Below, one piece after another: positions 14,642 to 31,056 of a stretch of DNA of 64,000 nucleotides. The position numbers were made by a program, and so were the translations under genes. The notes below the pieces were generated by a model. It was not told the origin of the DNA, did no database searches, and worked only from the letters and a program-made list of their open reading frames with translations. The stretch is from contig NW_019091356.1 in NCBI RefSeq assembly GCF_001949145.1, forward strand, positions 3,516,934-3,580,933. The letters run 5' to 3'. Origin of the DNA: Acanthaster planci. Its lineage: Eukaryota. Numbering within the stretch: position 1 is the stretch's first letter; every line of letters starts with the position of its first letter.

Positions 14642-17600
14642 ATGGCTGATGCAATTGTTGAACTGTCAGAGGGTGTGATTTCAGCCAATCCAGATGAAAC
14701 AAACATGAGCTTCAATGATGATACGAAGAAAGGGCAGGTCATGACCTTTCACCTCTATGACCCCATCATATCAGCATCTGTTCTGAAAGGGCTCATGCTA
14801 TCGCCATGCCAGCTGAACTCAGAAGTTGATGACATGGTGGAGCTGTCCAGTGACAGTCCAGTGAGAAGACCAGGTTGGTTTGTCCGTGATCCGAGTTTGC
14901 CGATGGAATATGGCATTGCTCTGGTCTTATACCAGCAGGAGTAAAATGAAGACGCTTAAAAACTGTAAACATGCTGTTTATGGAAAATGGTTCGTGCATA
15001 TTTTCTCTCTTTTTTGGGATATTTTTACTAGAGACTGAGGTTTATACCATCTCTACCAAAAAGACTTGTTTGCTGTGTAGCTGTCATTTCACTTCAAGAC
15101 AACAACAGGTAAACACCGCAATTTGATGTTTTATTGGGAAGTCACTCTCTTCCCCAATCAAAAAAAACTATTTATTTTTCTGTTAATAGTTTACAAACAT
15201 GTTATTTAGTTCTGTGATGTATCTGTATGTGGGTTTCCTTTGGATAAACAGATAGATCACTACAAACTGGATTGGCACCGATTCAACTTGAAGCAAAGGA
15301 TGATGGGAGCTTCACCTGTGACTGAAGAACACTTTGAGAGTATTTCAGGTTGGTTTCAATAGGTAAATACATTAGCCAATCTGAATCCTGAATTGTTGTT
15401 TTGACAAAACCTTCAGCAATTTGTGTAAAGTTCGTCTTAAATTTGACAAAAAGTGATGTCTTTTTCTTCTGATCTTTTATTAAAAAAATGTTTCAGGTGA
15501 TGTGTCTAGTATATCTGGGAGTGATTCTTCTACCGATGACAACGACAGCGCTAATGACAGTGATCGCATGAAGTCTGGTTCCTGCACTTCTGACTCACCA
15601 GAACCACACCATCATGTCTTGGGTCGTAGGCATCCCAAAGTGTTCTTTAGGAGTGGTGAGGGGCGGCTCGTGTCAGTGCAGCGATGTGTTTTGCATGGTA
15701 AAAAGGTGAATTTTACTTTTTAAATTTCACAAGATGTTCTTTTGCTTGTGTACTGACAAATAGCTTCAAACAGATTCCGTTGCCAATCTTCATTTTTATT
15801 TTTACCTCAGGATATTCCGACCACGCAGCAAGAACTTATTGCCATGGCAACTCGGCTTCCGGTGAGAATGAAATGGCTGATTCTCATGATTGGTGGCGGC
15901 CACTTTGCAGGTGCCATCTTTGATGGGTAAGAATATTGGTCAGATTACCTCCTGGCAGTGGGTCCAGATTTCAGAAAGTCCCAACTTTGTGTCAAGATTG
16001 GTCAAGCTTCAACGCTGATTGACATGATTTTTAAAAATTTCAGCAAGGAGGTTGTTGTTCACAAGACGTTCCACCGTTACACTGTCCGAGCAAAGCGCGG
16101 CACCGCCCAGGGTATGAGAGATTCACAACAAGGCGGGAACCAACCAAAGTGAGTACCAACAAAAACAACACATCAAAACATCCTCTGAACACATGTAAAA
16201 TATTCTGGCTTTGTGTCACTGTCTAATTTTGCATCTGTTCTGTTAACAAATAAAGTATTTCTGACAAGGCTATTGAACTTTATGGAGTTTTTGTAATTCT
16301 CTTCTTTCATTTTTGAAAAATGCCAGATCTGCAGGAGCCTCGTTGAGACGCTACAACGAAGCGGCCCTTGTCGATGATATCCATGCACTCCTCGCAAGCT
16401 GGGACGACCAGACCAAGGCCTGCCATCGCATCTTCATGAGGGCGCCCAGCTACAACAAGAACGTATTTTTTGGAGGGAAGAGCCCACCGCTGGATCGGCA
16501 TGACCAGAGAATTGTTACTATCCCTTTTGCCACGCGGCGGCCGACCTATAAGGAGATCCAGCGGGTTCATGATTTGCTGTCAACCATAGAGTGTTATGGT
16601 AAATGAAACCCATCCCTCCAATACCTCATATGATCTGCATGGCTGTTATTCTACGGGCCTGCTTAAGTTCATCTTCGACATTCTTCACAATCATTCTCAA
16701 TTTTTTTATCATTGCACCTGGTTTGGCTTTCAGGAGATGCAATCGAAGCAGAGAGGCGAATCGTTGATGCGCACTCGCCCAAGGCAAAACAGCCAAAGAA
16801 CAGTGCAAAGACAAAACGGACTGGTGAAAATACCGAGAATTCTACAGCAGACATGGAGAGCAACAAAGGTATCATACCGTCAGGTGGACACTCCAACCCC
16901 AATTGGTCTTTTCTCCTGCAGAAAGACTGAAACATTGCACGGAATGTTACAGGTCGTCCTGCCAGTGGAATTCCTTACCTCTTGATAAACTACCACACAG
17001 AAAAGATCAACAAATATGGATAGGATTTAGACTTTGTGTAGAACATTCAACCTTTGTTTTGTGTTTTTCTTTTTGTAGAGAAACCGTCAGCTGATCCTGG
17101 TGAGAGCGAAGCTGAGATTGACTTGGTGTTAGTGGAAGAAGAGATATCGACTCTGGAACTTCAGGAGTTTGAGACTAATGTCAAGAAATCTCAACGGCCA
17201 AAGAAGAAGAAAAAGCCAAAAAAGAAACTGGAAAACAGTGGTATGAGTAAATTTTGGATCACGTATGTTTGGGTCGGGCTTAACCATATACTGCCGGGGA
17301 GCCCGGTTTTGGGCACATAGGCTTCATTCACGAAATCGGGGAGCCCGAAACCGGACAAAAGACCGTACTCGGAACAAAAGACTGAGCTGCTGGGAATTGC
17401 TAACATTTTTTCAGTTGTCAATAGAGGAGGAAATCCGTCATTGTTTTGAAAGGTTATACCACTGTTTGCGGCATTCAGTGCGAGCAGATTACCACTGGGG
17501 ACAAAAGTGCTCCAGTGATGGGCGATACAATACTGCTGCACGCTAATCTGGCCCGTATTGAAAAGACACCAGTGGGCACTGTGCCAGTATCCAGAACCAA

Positions 17601-19920
17601 ACAAAGTTACAGAACACTGCACAATCTGGGCTCTTTTTACAAGGCGGCAGGCCTGGCTGAAGTACTCTGGCATCAATAGATGTTGTTTTTTAGATTAGAG
17701 TAGCACCAGACAGTCAATCGTGTGGGTGTAAACGTCCAGTAAATGAACTTATGATTTTTTGAAGAATTTTGAAAACGGAAAATCTTGAAAATCTCGTCAC
17801 ATCGTGCAACTTCAAATTCCACCCAGCAGCAAGTGGTTAATAATCTTGGTCAGATTGAGAACCCAAATCCAGCTAAAAATTTCAGCAGAAATACTTTGCA
17901 TATTTCAATAGTCATGATGTAAACTTCGTTATTGGGTCTGTGTTTAATAGAGCAAGATGAATCCAACAAGCAGATGGATGTCCTATGTGAAGCATGCAGG
18001 ACAGGTGATTGGGACCAGCTAAAGTCTTTGATGATAGCACACGCAAATGGAGAGGGTACCAATACAGGAGTATCAACAACAGAGGAGAAAAGTAAATCTG
18101 GTGATGAGGGCGCTGATCAAAGTGAACACACGATAAAGCAAGATATTCATCCTCACGACCTTGGAAATAAGACTTCAGATGGTGAACCTGAAAAGAAAAC
18201 TGTACTGAGAGAGGACGGGAACAAGGTTGCCTCCACTGGGAAGGATGTTGTTTCTGGAGTACCTCACTTAAGCCTGGGATCTGAGGACAATGTGGGAGAC
18301 AAAAGAGACCAAAGGAAACATGGCCAGGGTGCACTGATGGTGGACAGTGCAGGGTTGGCAGGGGCGGAGCAGGGCATGCTGGGTAATGGACAAAGCATGA
18401 TGGGTAGCAGAGAGGATATGGCAGACATAGTGAACCGTCCTGTCGATGAGCTGGGCAACACCTTGTTGCATGTGGCGGTTCAGGCAGAAAGGGCGGTGAT
18501 GGTGTGGAAGTTGATGGAAATTGGAGCCGATCCTGCCATTAAGTAAGTGAAGTGTAGATGAGCTAAAATCCTACAAAATCTAGCATTAGGGTAGTCCTGT
18601 CAGATCTTGTTCCAAGCAGTGAACGAGATTGTTTGCATCAGTAGCTTGATTCCTTGGGAAATTTTATGTGGTTTTGTGGGATTTCATTAGATTCTGTTTA
18701 GTGTCAAGAAACACTTGTCAGATTTTCTTCAACTTTTGAAGTTTTTAAAACTTCATTGAAACTGTTCAGTCAGCGTTGTGGGCTTGACTTGCTCATGTTA
18801 CTCGGATTTGTATTTTCAGAAATAGCAAACGTCAACTCCCTTATGTCCTGTGCAATGGCAAAGGTCTCAGGAAAGAATTCCGCAGGTTTATGGCAGCACA
18901 CCCAGGGAAGTACGACTACGAGAGAGCTCAGGTATTGACTGAATCAGAACATTTCATAGATAATACCATTGGTTAGAGATAAAAACGGTGGGAAGTTATG
19001 AGTGTCGGTGACACAGAGACCATCCGAGGAGTGACTACAGGAATTGAACTAGAGTCTCTAGCTGTAGATGAGCAACGTCGTGACTTTCTAAACTTTTTAG
19101 CCAGTTGCTTCCTGCTGTTTTGTGCACAGGTACCAAGCCCGTTGACTTCCGACAGGGAGGAGATGAGAGCCGCAAAAGCAGCCGAGAAGAAGAAATTGCA
19201 GAAAAAGAACAAGAGGATCCGAGAAAAGGTGATTATCTTTGAAAATCTATCAGCTTTTTCGAAGATTTTGTGAGATTAAGGAAGGTCGAGCCTGGCCTCT
19301 AGATCTTTGTGTGTCTTACAGTGTTCTATTATTCTACACATCCACTTTACGTTTTATTTCTTAGGAGCAAAAAGAGGAGCTGAAGAGACAAGAGGAGGAG
19401 AGGAAGATGCGAGAAGCGGAGGAAGAAGAGAAGCGGAGGTTTGCGGCGCTGAGCGACCGGGAGAAGAGAGCTCTGGCGGCGGAGAGGCGATTTCAGGCTC
19501 AGCTCACGGCTCAGGGGGCTATGACAACGGACACGGTCATCCTCAATAACACTAAGTAAGATTTCTGTTTGCCTCTTGAGTAATATTTATTCCAAGGGGC
19601 GTAGGTTTTTGGTCATAGGAAAACGTGGGAGGACAAGAACACAAAAATATAAAGGCTGGAGGCACAGATGGTGGTCTGGACGTAGAGCCAAAAACAAACC
19701 CAATTCTTCCACGCCCACACTATCACATAAAGATTGGAGTGACACGGAGTGACACAAGGTGATCACTGGTTCCCATCCCATTTCCCCATTTTGCAGGCGT
19801 TGCTGGATGTGTGGAGCCAGCCTTGTGGGCAAGGTTCCCTTTGAGTACCTGGACTACAAGTTTTGTACTATTCAGTGCGTCAAGCAGCACAAACAGCAAC
19901 AAAAGACACCAACTACGTGA
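14642..19920 (+). CDS. ANKZF1: ANKZF1/Vms1 tRNA endonuclease of ribosome quality control (C2H2 zinc finger, VLRF1 domain, ankyrin repeats, coiled coil, C-terminal treble clef)
   Basis: 14 exons: 14642-14873, 15032-15108, 15252-15348, 15497-15705, 15811-15926, 16044-16148, 16327-16598, 16734-16868, 17079-17240, 17951-18542, 18820-18931, 19130-19228, 19365-19555, 19797-19920. Motifs include [40 protein letters not shown] (catalytic Gln), [19 protein letters not shown] and [26 protein letters not shown]. Confidence 0.96.
17280..17840. mobile_element. Non-autonomous TTAA-flanked TIR element (piggyBac-like MITE) in ANKZF1 intron 9
   Basis: TTAA|CCATATACTGCCGGG at the left end and CCCAGCAGCAAGTGG|TTAA at the right end form imperfect inverted termini. 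The body is homologous to 22368-22758. Confidence 0.75.
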
Positions 19921-20683
19921 TGAGAGACAACATCAGCTACACGACATGACTCTTATCAAACTCCAAATTGAAATTAAGAGTAATGATCAGCATTACCCAA
20001 AGTCATTTATTTTCAGTCAGTGAACTCATTAAAACTTATGGACTCTGGTAAATCCTTAGTCAGATTACAATGTGAGGATTTTGGAATAAAAAAATTTATC
20101 AATACATGTATCAGAAGGAGGTCAGTGAAAATCTTGCACTTAGGGTTTGAACAACTGATAACTATTAGCACAGAGATAACGTGTTTTATCTCAACGAAAC
20201 TAACCCAATCTGATCAACTATCAAGAAATGGTTAGTGTCCAACTCTCAGTTACAGCATATAATAATGAAAGCCAACCGCTTGGAAATTTAAATTTTCCAC
20301 CTGCCAAATCCTCTTTAAAATAATTGATTTATGTCATACAATAAAGAATCTTCAAAACAAAATTGTAACTGCCTTGATGTACCTGTAAGATGTTTTTGGT
20401 TGGTAAATTTATCACCAAGGAGTATCTGTACTAGTGTGGTTTTATGTTGAATTTGGTGGATTTCAAAAGACGTAACATACACTTGCCTTGCAGTGAACTG
20501 AATTGGACTTTCTTGACTTCCCAAAATCCACTGCAAAAAATGACCTGTGCCCAATCCCATAATTCTCACAACGTCCTCTCCAGACTGTAACTTGATACTT
20601 TGTGTCGCGTGATTCAGTAAATTAATATTCCAGTCGGCTGCTTCAGTGTCTCTGAATGCACACATGCTGACCCATCATGCCCT

Positions 20684-24417
<3,734 letters not shown>

Positions 24418-26387
24418 TCAAAGTCTTCTCCATACAGGAAGATCCTTTTCCATAGCTTGGTAAAAATTGGTGTTAAATTCATCCATTTTCTTTACAAATT
24501 ACCTTACCGTCTAAACATTGACAAATAATTCTTTTAGTGCACCGCCTGGCATGCAAGGCAGTCCGGCCCAACGACACGCCCCCCCCCCCAGGCCGGGGCA
24601 AGGCATGAACCGGTATCACTAACGAAATCAAAAGCAACGTTTTCAAAATGTACTTGATTTGCCCAAATAAGTGCCCACCTTATCTGTACTTCCTGCGTTT
24701 GTTTCTGACTGCAATTATGGCGAATGCACAAGCCTATCCCTCGAGATGGTGGCGAAAGTCGAGTAAGGAACGGACAAGGCCTTACGTCAGTTGTCGAAAA
24801 CAAGGCGCGAGTCTGAAAAAAACTCTTCAAAATGACGATATTTTTGAGAGATCTGCCCGCTTGGCCAGTCACGGTGGAGAAGAACAGTACCAGCATTATT
24901 CACACGAAACAGTGTGTGATAAAAAAGCACCATTTATGCATCACAGATCAGGCTTAAAATAGACAATCTGTGCGGGTAGTGGGGGCCGGGGTACAACTTC
25001 CAAGCTCGTACGTACGTACGAACGAAGTTGGATCACGTTTTTCGTTTGCCGCCCTCTATAGAGGCAAGACGTCCAGCTCAGCTACAATACAAGTTCAGAA
25101 GTTGGTGTGATACTCCATTCTGTCACTGCATAAAAAATTGAACAGAACTCATCATTTTGGGACAAATTTCCTCGAAAATTAAAACTTGGGGGGGGGCACT
25201 GCTGTTTAAGATATACACCGACATGAGTCGACACTTTTCAATGGATGTGACTAACCACAAACAGCTAACAAGATGGACAAACACACAGCAAACTGTCAGT
25301 TGATATTAAGACAAAAATATATCTTCACTTTATTGATGATTTAATAAATACAAACATGGTTAACATGTTAGTAAGATAAAAGACAACCTTAGTAATCTTA
25401 ATCAAAGTTGTCAAAATCTGACATGAAACATGTACCTAGCATTTCAATGTTCTTTACTAAAACGACAACTTGGACAAATACATATATTCCGATAGTTAAT
25501 TGTGTTGATAACGAGAGACCTTAATTAAAATACAATGCTATTAGACTCAACTGTTTAATTCAACAATACCCCTTACTTTAAAAAGGCTTAGCACCATTAA
25601 CACTTGTACAAATTTTAGACGATTAGTTGGATTTTAATGTCCTCTAGTCAACTGTTTTTTGTTCAAGCACACCAACTTGTTCATACGAAGTGAAGCCTAC
25701 TACATCAACAGAAAGTTAAGTCTGGTACATCAGAATATGAAACATCACTTTTTAGTACAAATAATAAATGAATGTAACATTAAAAAAATTAATCTTTACC
25801 AATCTGCTCTCTGAATAAATTCTGTTTTTAAGTTCATTTTTCTTTTGGGAGCAAATGACAAAGATGATCTGATTGTTAATTAGCATATTTACAATTTGTG
25901 CAAAATGGTCGAGGCATCTACGTACAAATACATGTATGAGCATCTTGGACCAGTGACTGGCAAAAACAGGGCGGAGCAAAGATAAATGCCCCACCCCTCC
26001 CCAATGAAAGTCAAAGGAAATGCTAGTAACACTCTGAATGTCACTGGATGTTGTGTAAGACAGCATCATTATTTTGCGTGGTTGCTAGGTAATGTTGCCA
26101 GGCAACAGATCCAGGCCAGTCAAAGTCTGGACAATACTGACCAACAGCAGTGTGGTATCACTCAAACTTAAAAAACCCAAAAAAACAACCAAACCAGTTC
26201 AAAATGTATGTTGCTACATCACTCACAAAAGGAGTTAAGAGCCAACTCCTAATTTTGCAGTACAACATATCCACTCTGTTCGTTGATGGCACAAAACAGA
26301 TTTAAGTAACTCCGAAAGTTGTCACCCAGTTTGATGGTGCTTTATCTCATCCTGGGAGGTTTTTCTGATGCTTGTTTGAAGATTTCA

Positions 26388-27986
26388 TCATACGGTGTAG
26401 TCTGGTAACTTGGGCGGAATGCTCCTTGTTTGGATCCTCCAAGCCGCCAGCAGAGCAGCCAAGATGGTGAATGCCGATGTCAGACCGTAGCGGTAGGCGT
26501 GCAAGTAGAGGTGTCCCTCCACCGAGGCGAGGCAGAGAAGGGCCGCGATATTCTTAGAGGTCCTCCAAGACGTGCGATAGACCAGGAGGTAACATTGGAA
26601 GAGGCCCAGAAGGCTGGACACCAGGAAGAAACCAACTGATGTGGACGTAAAATGGATATCATCCTACGAGGGAAAATAAACAATTTCGAATTAAAGTCAA
26701 TTTGTGGTTTTCTCTTGTGGGGAAGCCAATAAGATTTGGTTTCGTAACTTACATCTATTATCATGGGTCCTGCGCGGAGAATTCTTCCAATTCGTATGAG
26801 GTTCAGCAAACAGCAGAGAAGACACAGAGACAAGGCCAGTTTGTCCACCCAGTTCAAGGGGACAAACTGCTCGCGATTGGCTGCAAAACAACAAGAATAA
26901 CCAAGATGAGTTTTAATCCTGTTTGCTGTTTTGGTTCACGAGTGATCAATGCGATGACCCCAAAGTGGTTCAAGTCGCATGGGATGTACCAGCAGGAGGT
27001 CGATACGCGCGGGCCGCGACGCCGTTCCTCTCCTGCGCTGAGCTATCGCCAGGTATCGGGCCCAACTCTTCGATGGTGATGCGGTGAGGAGGCCGGAGTT
27101 TCACCTCCTGTGACATGTTGGTCAGGTTGATCTTGGTTTGCAAGGTCCTGGTGTTGTTGAAACGTTGCTTCGTCTTTTTAATCACAGTGTCTGGATTTGC
27201 GACAAAAAAAGTACGAAAATAATGGAACAACGATTGTTCAAATATTACTCTGTCTCTTCATAATGGAGGTTGCAAAAAAGGTGCTTCAAGTCCTGGAGTT
27301 TGAACATGATGCCCTTTCAAAACCAAGGCAAGGCATTCTAATCAATAATTGTCTGGAATTATAATCTGACTTGAAACTTTAATAAAGGAGGTGTAAATCT
27401 CTTCAAACATGTAACCAGGGTGCAGGATGGCTCTTTGTATAGCAATTTCTTTTGTCAAAAAGATTTATTGATGTGTTGTTCACGAGGCATATTGGGTCTG
27501 CATTTACCAAATTCAATGAGAGCGTATGGCCGCCTGCAGTTTTCAACTCGCTTGCCGTCGTATGTCGAGATGAAGGCTCGCTGGATCTCGTCCAGGAAAC
27601 AGAACGCCAAGACGGTTGGGTAGTTCTCCTCACACATCATGATGAAGCAGACGCCAAGGGATGAAATAAGGCTAAACAACGATAGATGAGTGTTTCTTGA
27701 AGTAAGTACAGTTACTTGGGAAAAGATGAAGAAAAGAGAACGTGAAAATTTCAAAGGATGGGAAAGTTGGAAACCGTGAGGATGCTTGACAAAACTTTAG
27801 ACGTACTTACTGTAACCAGTGGCTGCCCGTGAATAAGGAGCATCTGTCAGGGAAACGAGATGCTTTCTTTGAAATAAGCTTGGCATACTTTTTGCTGGTT
27901 AGGATGGCCTCGCTTGGCTCATGGTCTGTGGTTGCTGAAAGTGGGAGACCGTCCCTCAGACGCGTTATCATGGCAAACTGAACCAT
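26388..27986 (-). CDS. SEC22A: SEC22A/SEC22C-like vesicle trafficking protein (longin domain and multi-pass TM C-terminus, no evident SNARE coil)
   Basis: Exons 27986-27811 (MVQFAMITRLRDGLPLSATTD), 27671-27508 (GVCFIMMCEENYPTVLAFCFLDEIQRAF..RPYALIEF), 27190-26990 (IKKTKQRFNNTRTL..KLRPPHRI), 26880-26753 and 26663-26388 (hydrophobic segments). Phases are consistent. The A versus C assignment is not resolvable here. Confidence 0.9.
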
Positions 27987-29695
27987 GGCTGAGCTGATCA
28001 GTTGGCAGTCAGGGGGGGGAGGGGTTAAGAGCAGCAAGGTGTGGCTTGTTGCTTCACCCCTTGTCAGCTGGAATTAAGTTGGCTTTCTTGGCATGGTGAT
28101 CGCGCCTTTAAAGGAAAAAAAAGATTAATGTAAACTGACATGAAAGGACAAATCCTTGTGGAAAAGAAATTATCACTCTAGTATGCCAGTGGCCCATCAG
28201 CCTCTTAAGTTATAGTAGTAGGCCTACAGTACATCATGACGAATATGACCAAGCACTGAACCAGCATACGGTACCCCCAGAACTTTGGGGTTCGACGTCT
28301 GCCGTGTGGGAGCGGGGCGGACGTCGGACCCCCAGTTCTGGGGTAAGCGGGGCGGAAACAGCACTACAGTGTCTAATTTAATCATGTAACTGGGAGTGGG
28401 AATGTTAAAAAAAAACAAGAAAAAAAAAGGCCCAAACCAATTCAAAATAAAACAAGAGCGCCCTCTCATGCCTCTTGTGATAAGCATGGAAGTTTGACAT
28501 GCAAATCCAGTACTCAGTACCGACAGTAGTGCTAAGCCCATGGCTATAATATAAAAAGGAACCACAGCCTAAGGCTATTGATGAAAAAGAAAAAAAAAAA
28601 CTAAACCAAGCTTCAGTCACCTTAAAATTATCATTCACAGTGCAGTGGCAGTGGTGAGCATATGTTTAATTACCAAACAAACTTCATCGTGTGATAAGAC
28701 TGTAATTGTACACGTAAACTCCGTGAAAATAGGCCTGCTAAACCGTACCGCTAAACCGTATGGATCTTTTGCGTTGAATGGACACGTCACGAAGCAAGCT
28801 CAAAGATCACACGTTGGAACGGTCGTGCTGTGCTATTTGACGTGCGAAAATAGCAGTCTGGTCCCCTCTCTCCCCATGTCATGATAAACAAACCTGGCGC
28901 TGACTGAGAGAGAACCAGCCGAAAAGGCCCAACTGAGAATTCCGTCCCATATTAGAGTACGGAAATCGCGCGCAGGCTGCTGGTGCGATGGTAGGCCCAG
29001 TGGGAGAATTCTGAATTCTGCATTTTATAAACTTCATGGTGGTGGTGTACATTTCATTGCGGTAACAAGAAGCATGATATTGAAAAAAACGAATTTCCAG
29101 TGATACAGGTGAAAACTGACTCATGTTTATGTGCTGTATTATTTTCAATATTCTATCTTTGTAGTTATTTCGTTTCCCTGCCGCGCCTTGTCATGGTCAT
29201 CGTCGTATTTGGGGAATCCCCGCTTTTGTTGCGATTTAAGTTGGCAAAACACCCCCTCCCTATTGTTTCTAGAGAGGATAGGGTTACGATTACCTGGCAA
29301 CGATTCCTTGCCACTCATCACCGCCAACTTACGTCTGGGCAATGACCCACAAATGATGAAAAGAATTCCACATTTTGATGCCGCGTGCCTATATCCCTGT
29401 TTACTCGTGAAGCTTTTCAGTGTGGGATGACTGAGAAGCCCAGATGAACTTGGTCGAGAATAGCATGACCCTCTGTAATGTTTCCTTTTTTATGAGTGAT
29501 GTAAACTTTGTTAATAAGTATACATATTTAAATAACAAAGGCAGGTAAAGGTTGATACACAGTGAACTGATCAATGCATTCAACGATGAGTGTTTTCACT
29601 GTAAATTTATATCATAGTTTTATCCTTCCTTCTCTTTTCCTCTTAAAACCCCAGAATAAGTGATTACCTTTTTTTCCAGGTGAAGTTTCACACCC

Positions 29696-29934
29696 GGGTA
29701 ATTCCAGAAATTAGGGGTCCAGAAATTGAGTGTGACATTTTTGGGTCCCCGTTACATCTGGCCTTTGTTAAATATCACCGGAGTTTATTTCAAACTATTA
29801 CTATTTGTTTGGCAGGTAATTTGCATTAATTCGTCACTCTTGGAAATTAGAAAATGTGTTCTGAACTTACAAAATCATATGTCAGATGTGACAGGGACAT
29901 AAAAAAAATGGCCCCCTAATTTCTGGAATTACCC
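29696..29934. mobile_element. MITE-like element with about 22-bp terminal inverted repeats
   Basis: GGGTAATTCCAGAAATTAGGGG ... CCCCTAATTTCTGGAATTACCC, with an additional internal inverted segment. Confidence 0.65.
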
Positions 29935-30293
29935 ACCTACCAGTAGTTGAAATTTGCCGTTCTGTGAAGGAATAATTCATACCGGAGGCAATGTTGGGTG
30001 ATATTTAGTGGCTTCCAAAATTGTTGACTGACACTAAGTCAAAGTTAACTCCCCAAAAAATTGCACACATCAGAAATAGCTTGATGTATTCAAAATTGTC
30101 AGAGGAAAAATCTTAAGCATAATTATCTACTTAAGCTTACATCTGTGTGCATGTTTTGTTTCGTAACAAAATTAACAATAATAACGGAAATAAGCTATTT
30201 CTAGTTTTTTTATGTAGTTCTTTTTATTTTGTTTGAGTTAATTCAGTTGTTTGTGTGTGATCATTTGTAATCTGTATGGGTGCAGTCAAATAA

Positions 30294-30324
30294 AAACAAA
30301 CAAACAAACAAACAAACAAACAAA
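30294..30324. repeat. (AAAC)n microsatellite
   Basis: About 7 tandem AAAC units. Confidence 0.9.
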
Positions 30325-31056
30325 TAGAGTTTGAAAGCCCAAATTGCTACGCTTAGTGTTGATAAAGTTGCATTTTCTTCTGGCTTTCATTCATAACCAT
30401 GTGCCCTGGGGGGTTGGTAGCATAAGCTCCACCCATCAAAAGGATGGGATGAATCAAGAAGCTGGTCACGTCATGAAGCTTGGCTAAGCATTGAAAAAGA
30501 AATATAACTTTGATATCAGAATATACGTGTACAAGAGATGCTGGTATGATGTTTGATTCTCACAGAGATAATGATTTTCTGCCACAAAGTTGGTAAATAA
30601 TTGAAAGGTCCGTCATTTTTTCCGAAATCCAATTTCAGGTCACATGTACGAACATGAAAATGGGTGTAAATTGCCAATAAACATTTGTTTTGATGCAGAT
30701 TATCAATGCAATAGAATCAGAAACAAAATTGGTAAGTGTTGAGGGAAAATAGAGGCTTTGCGCGGTAGCCATTTTGCAGGGCAGTTCTTTTGTTCCACAG
30801 GGAAGCCTCCTTTGTGCATACCCTGTGGAACAAACGCAGTTCCTAACAGAACTGAGGCATTGTCCCTCGGAACTTACAAACTTTAGGCTTTGGTATAAAA
30901 AAAATGATGTTGTTTGTGGTATTGCTATTTAACTGTAGGTATGAGCCGTTTCATTCATGGTTTGTACAAAATGAATGAAATTGTAGTTTTTTCATGTGTC
31001 TGCAGATCACATGTAGTTTAAGGAGACTTGACCAGGATTTTGTATCAACAGACACA

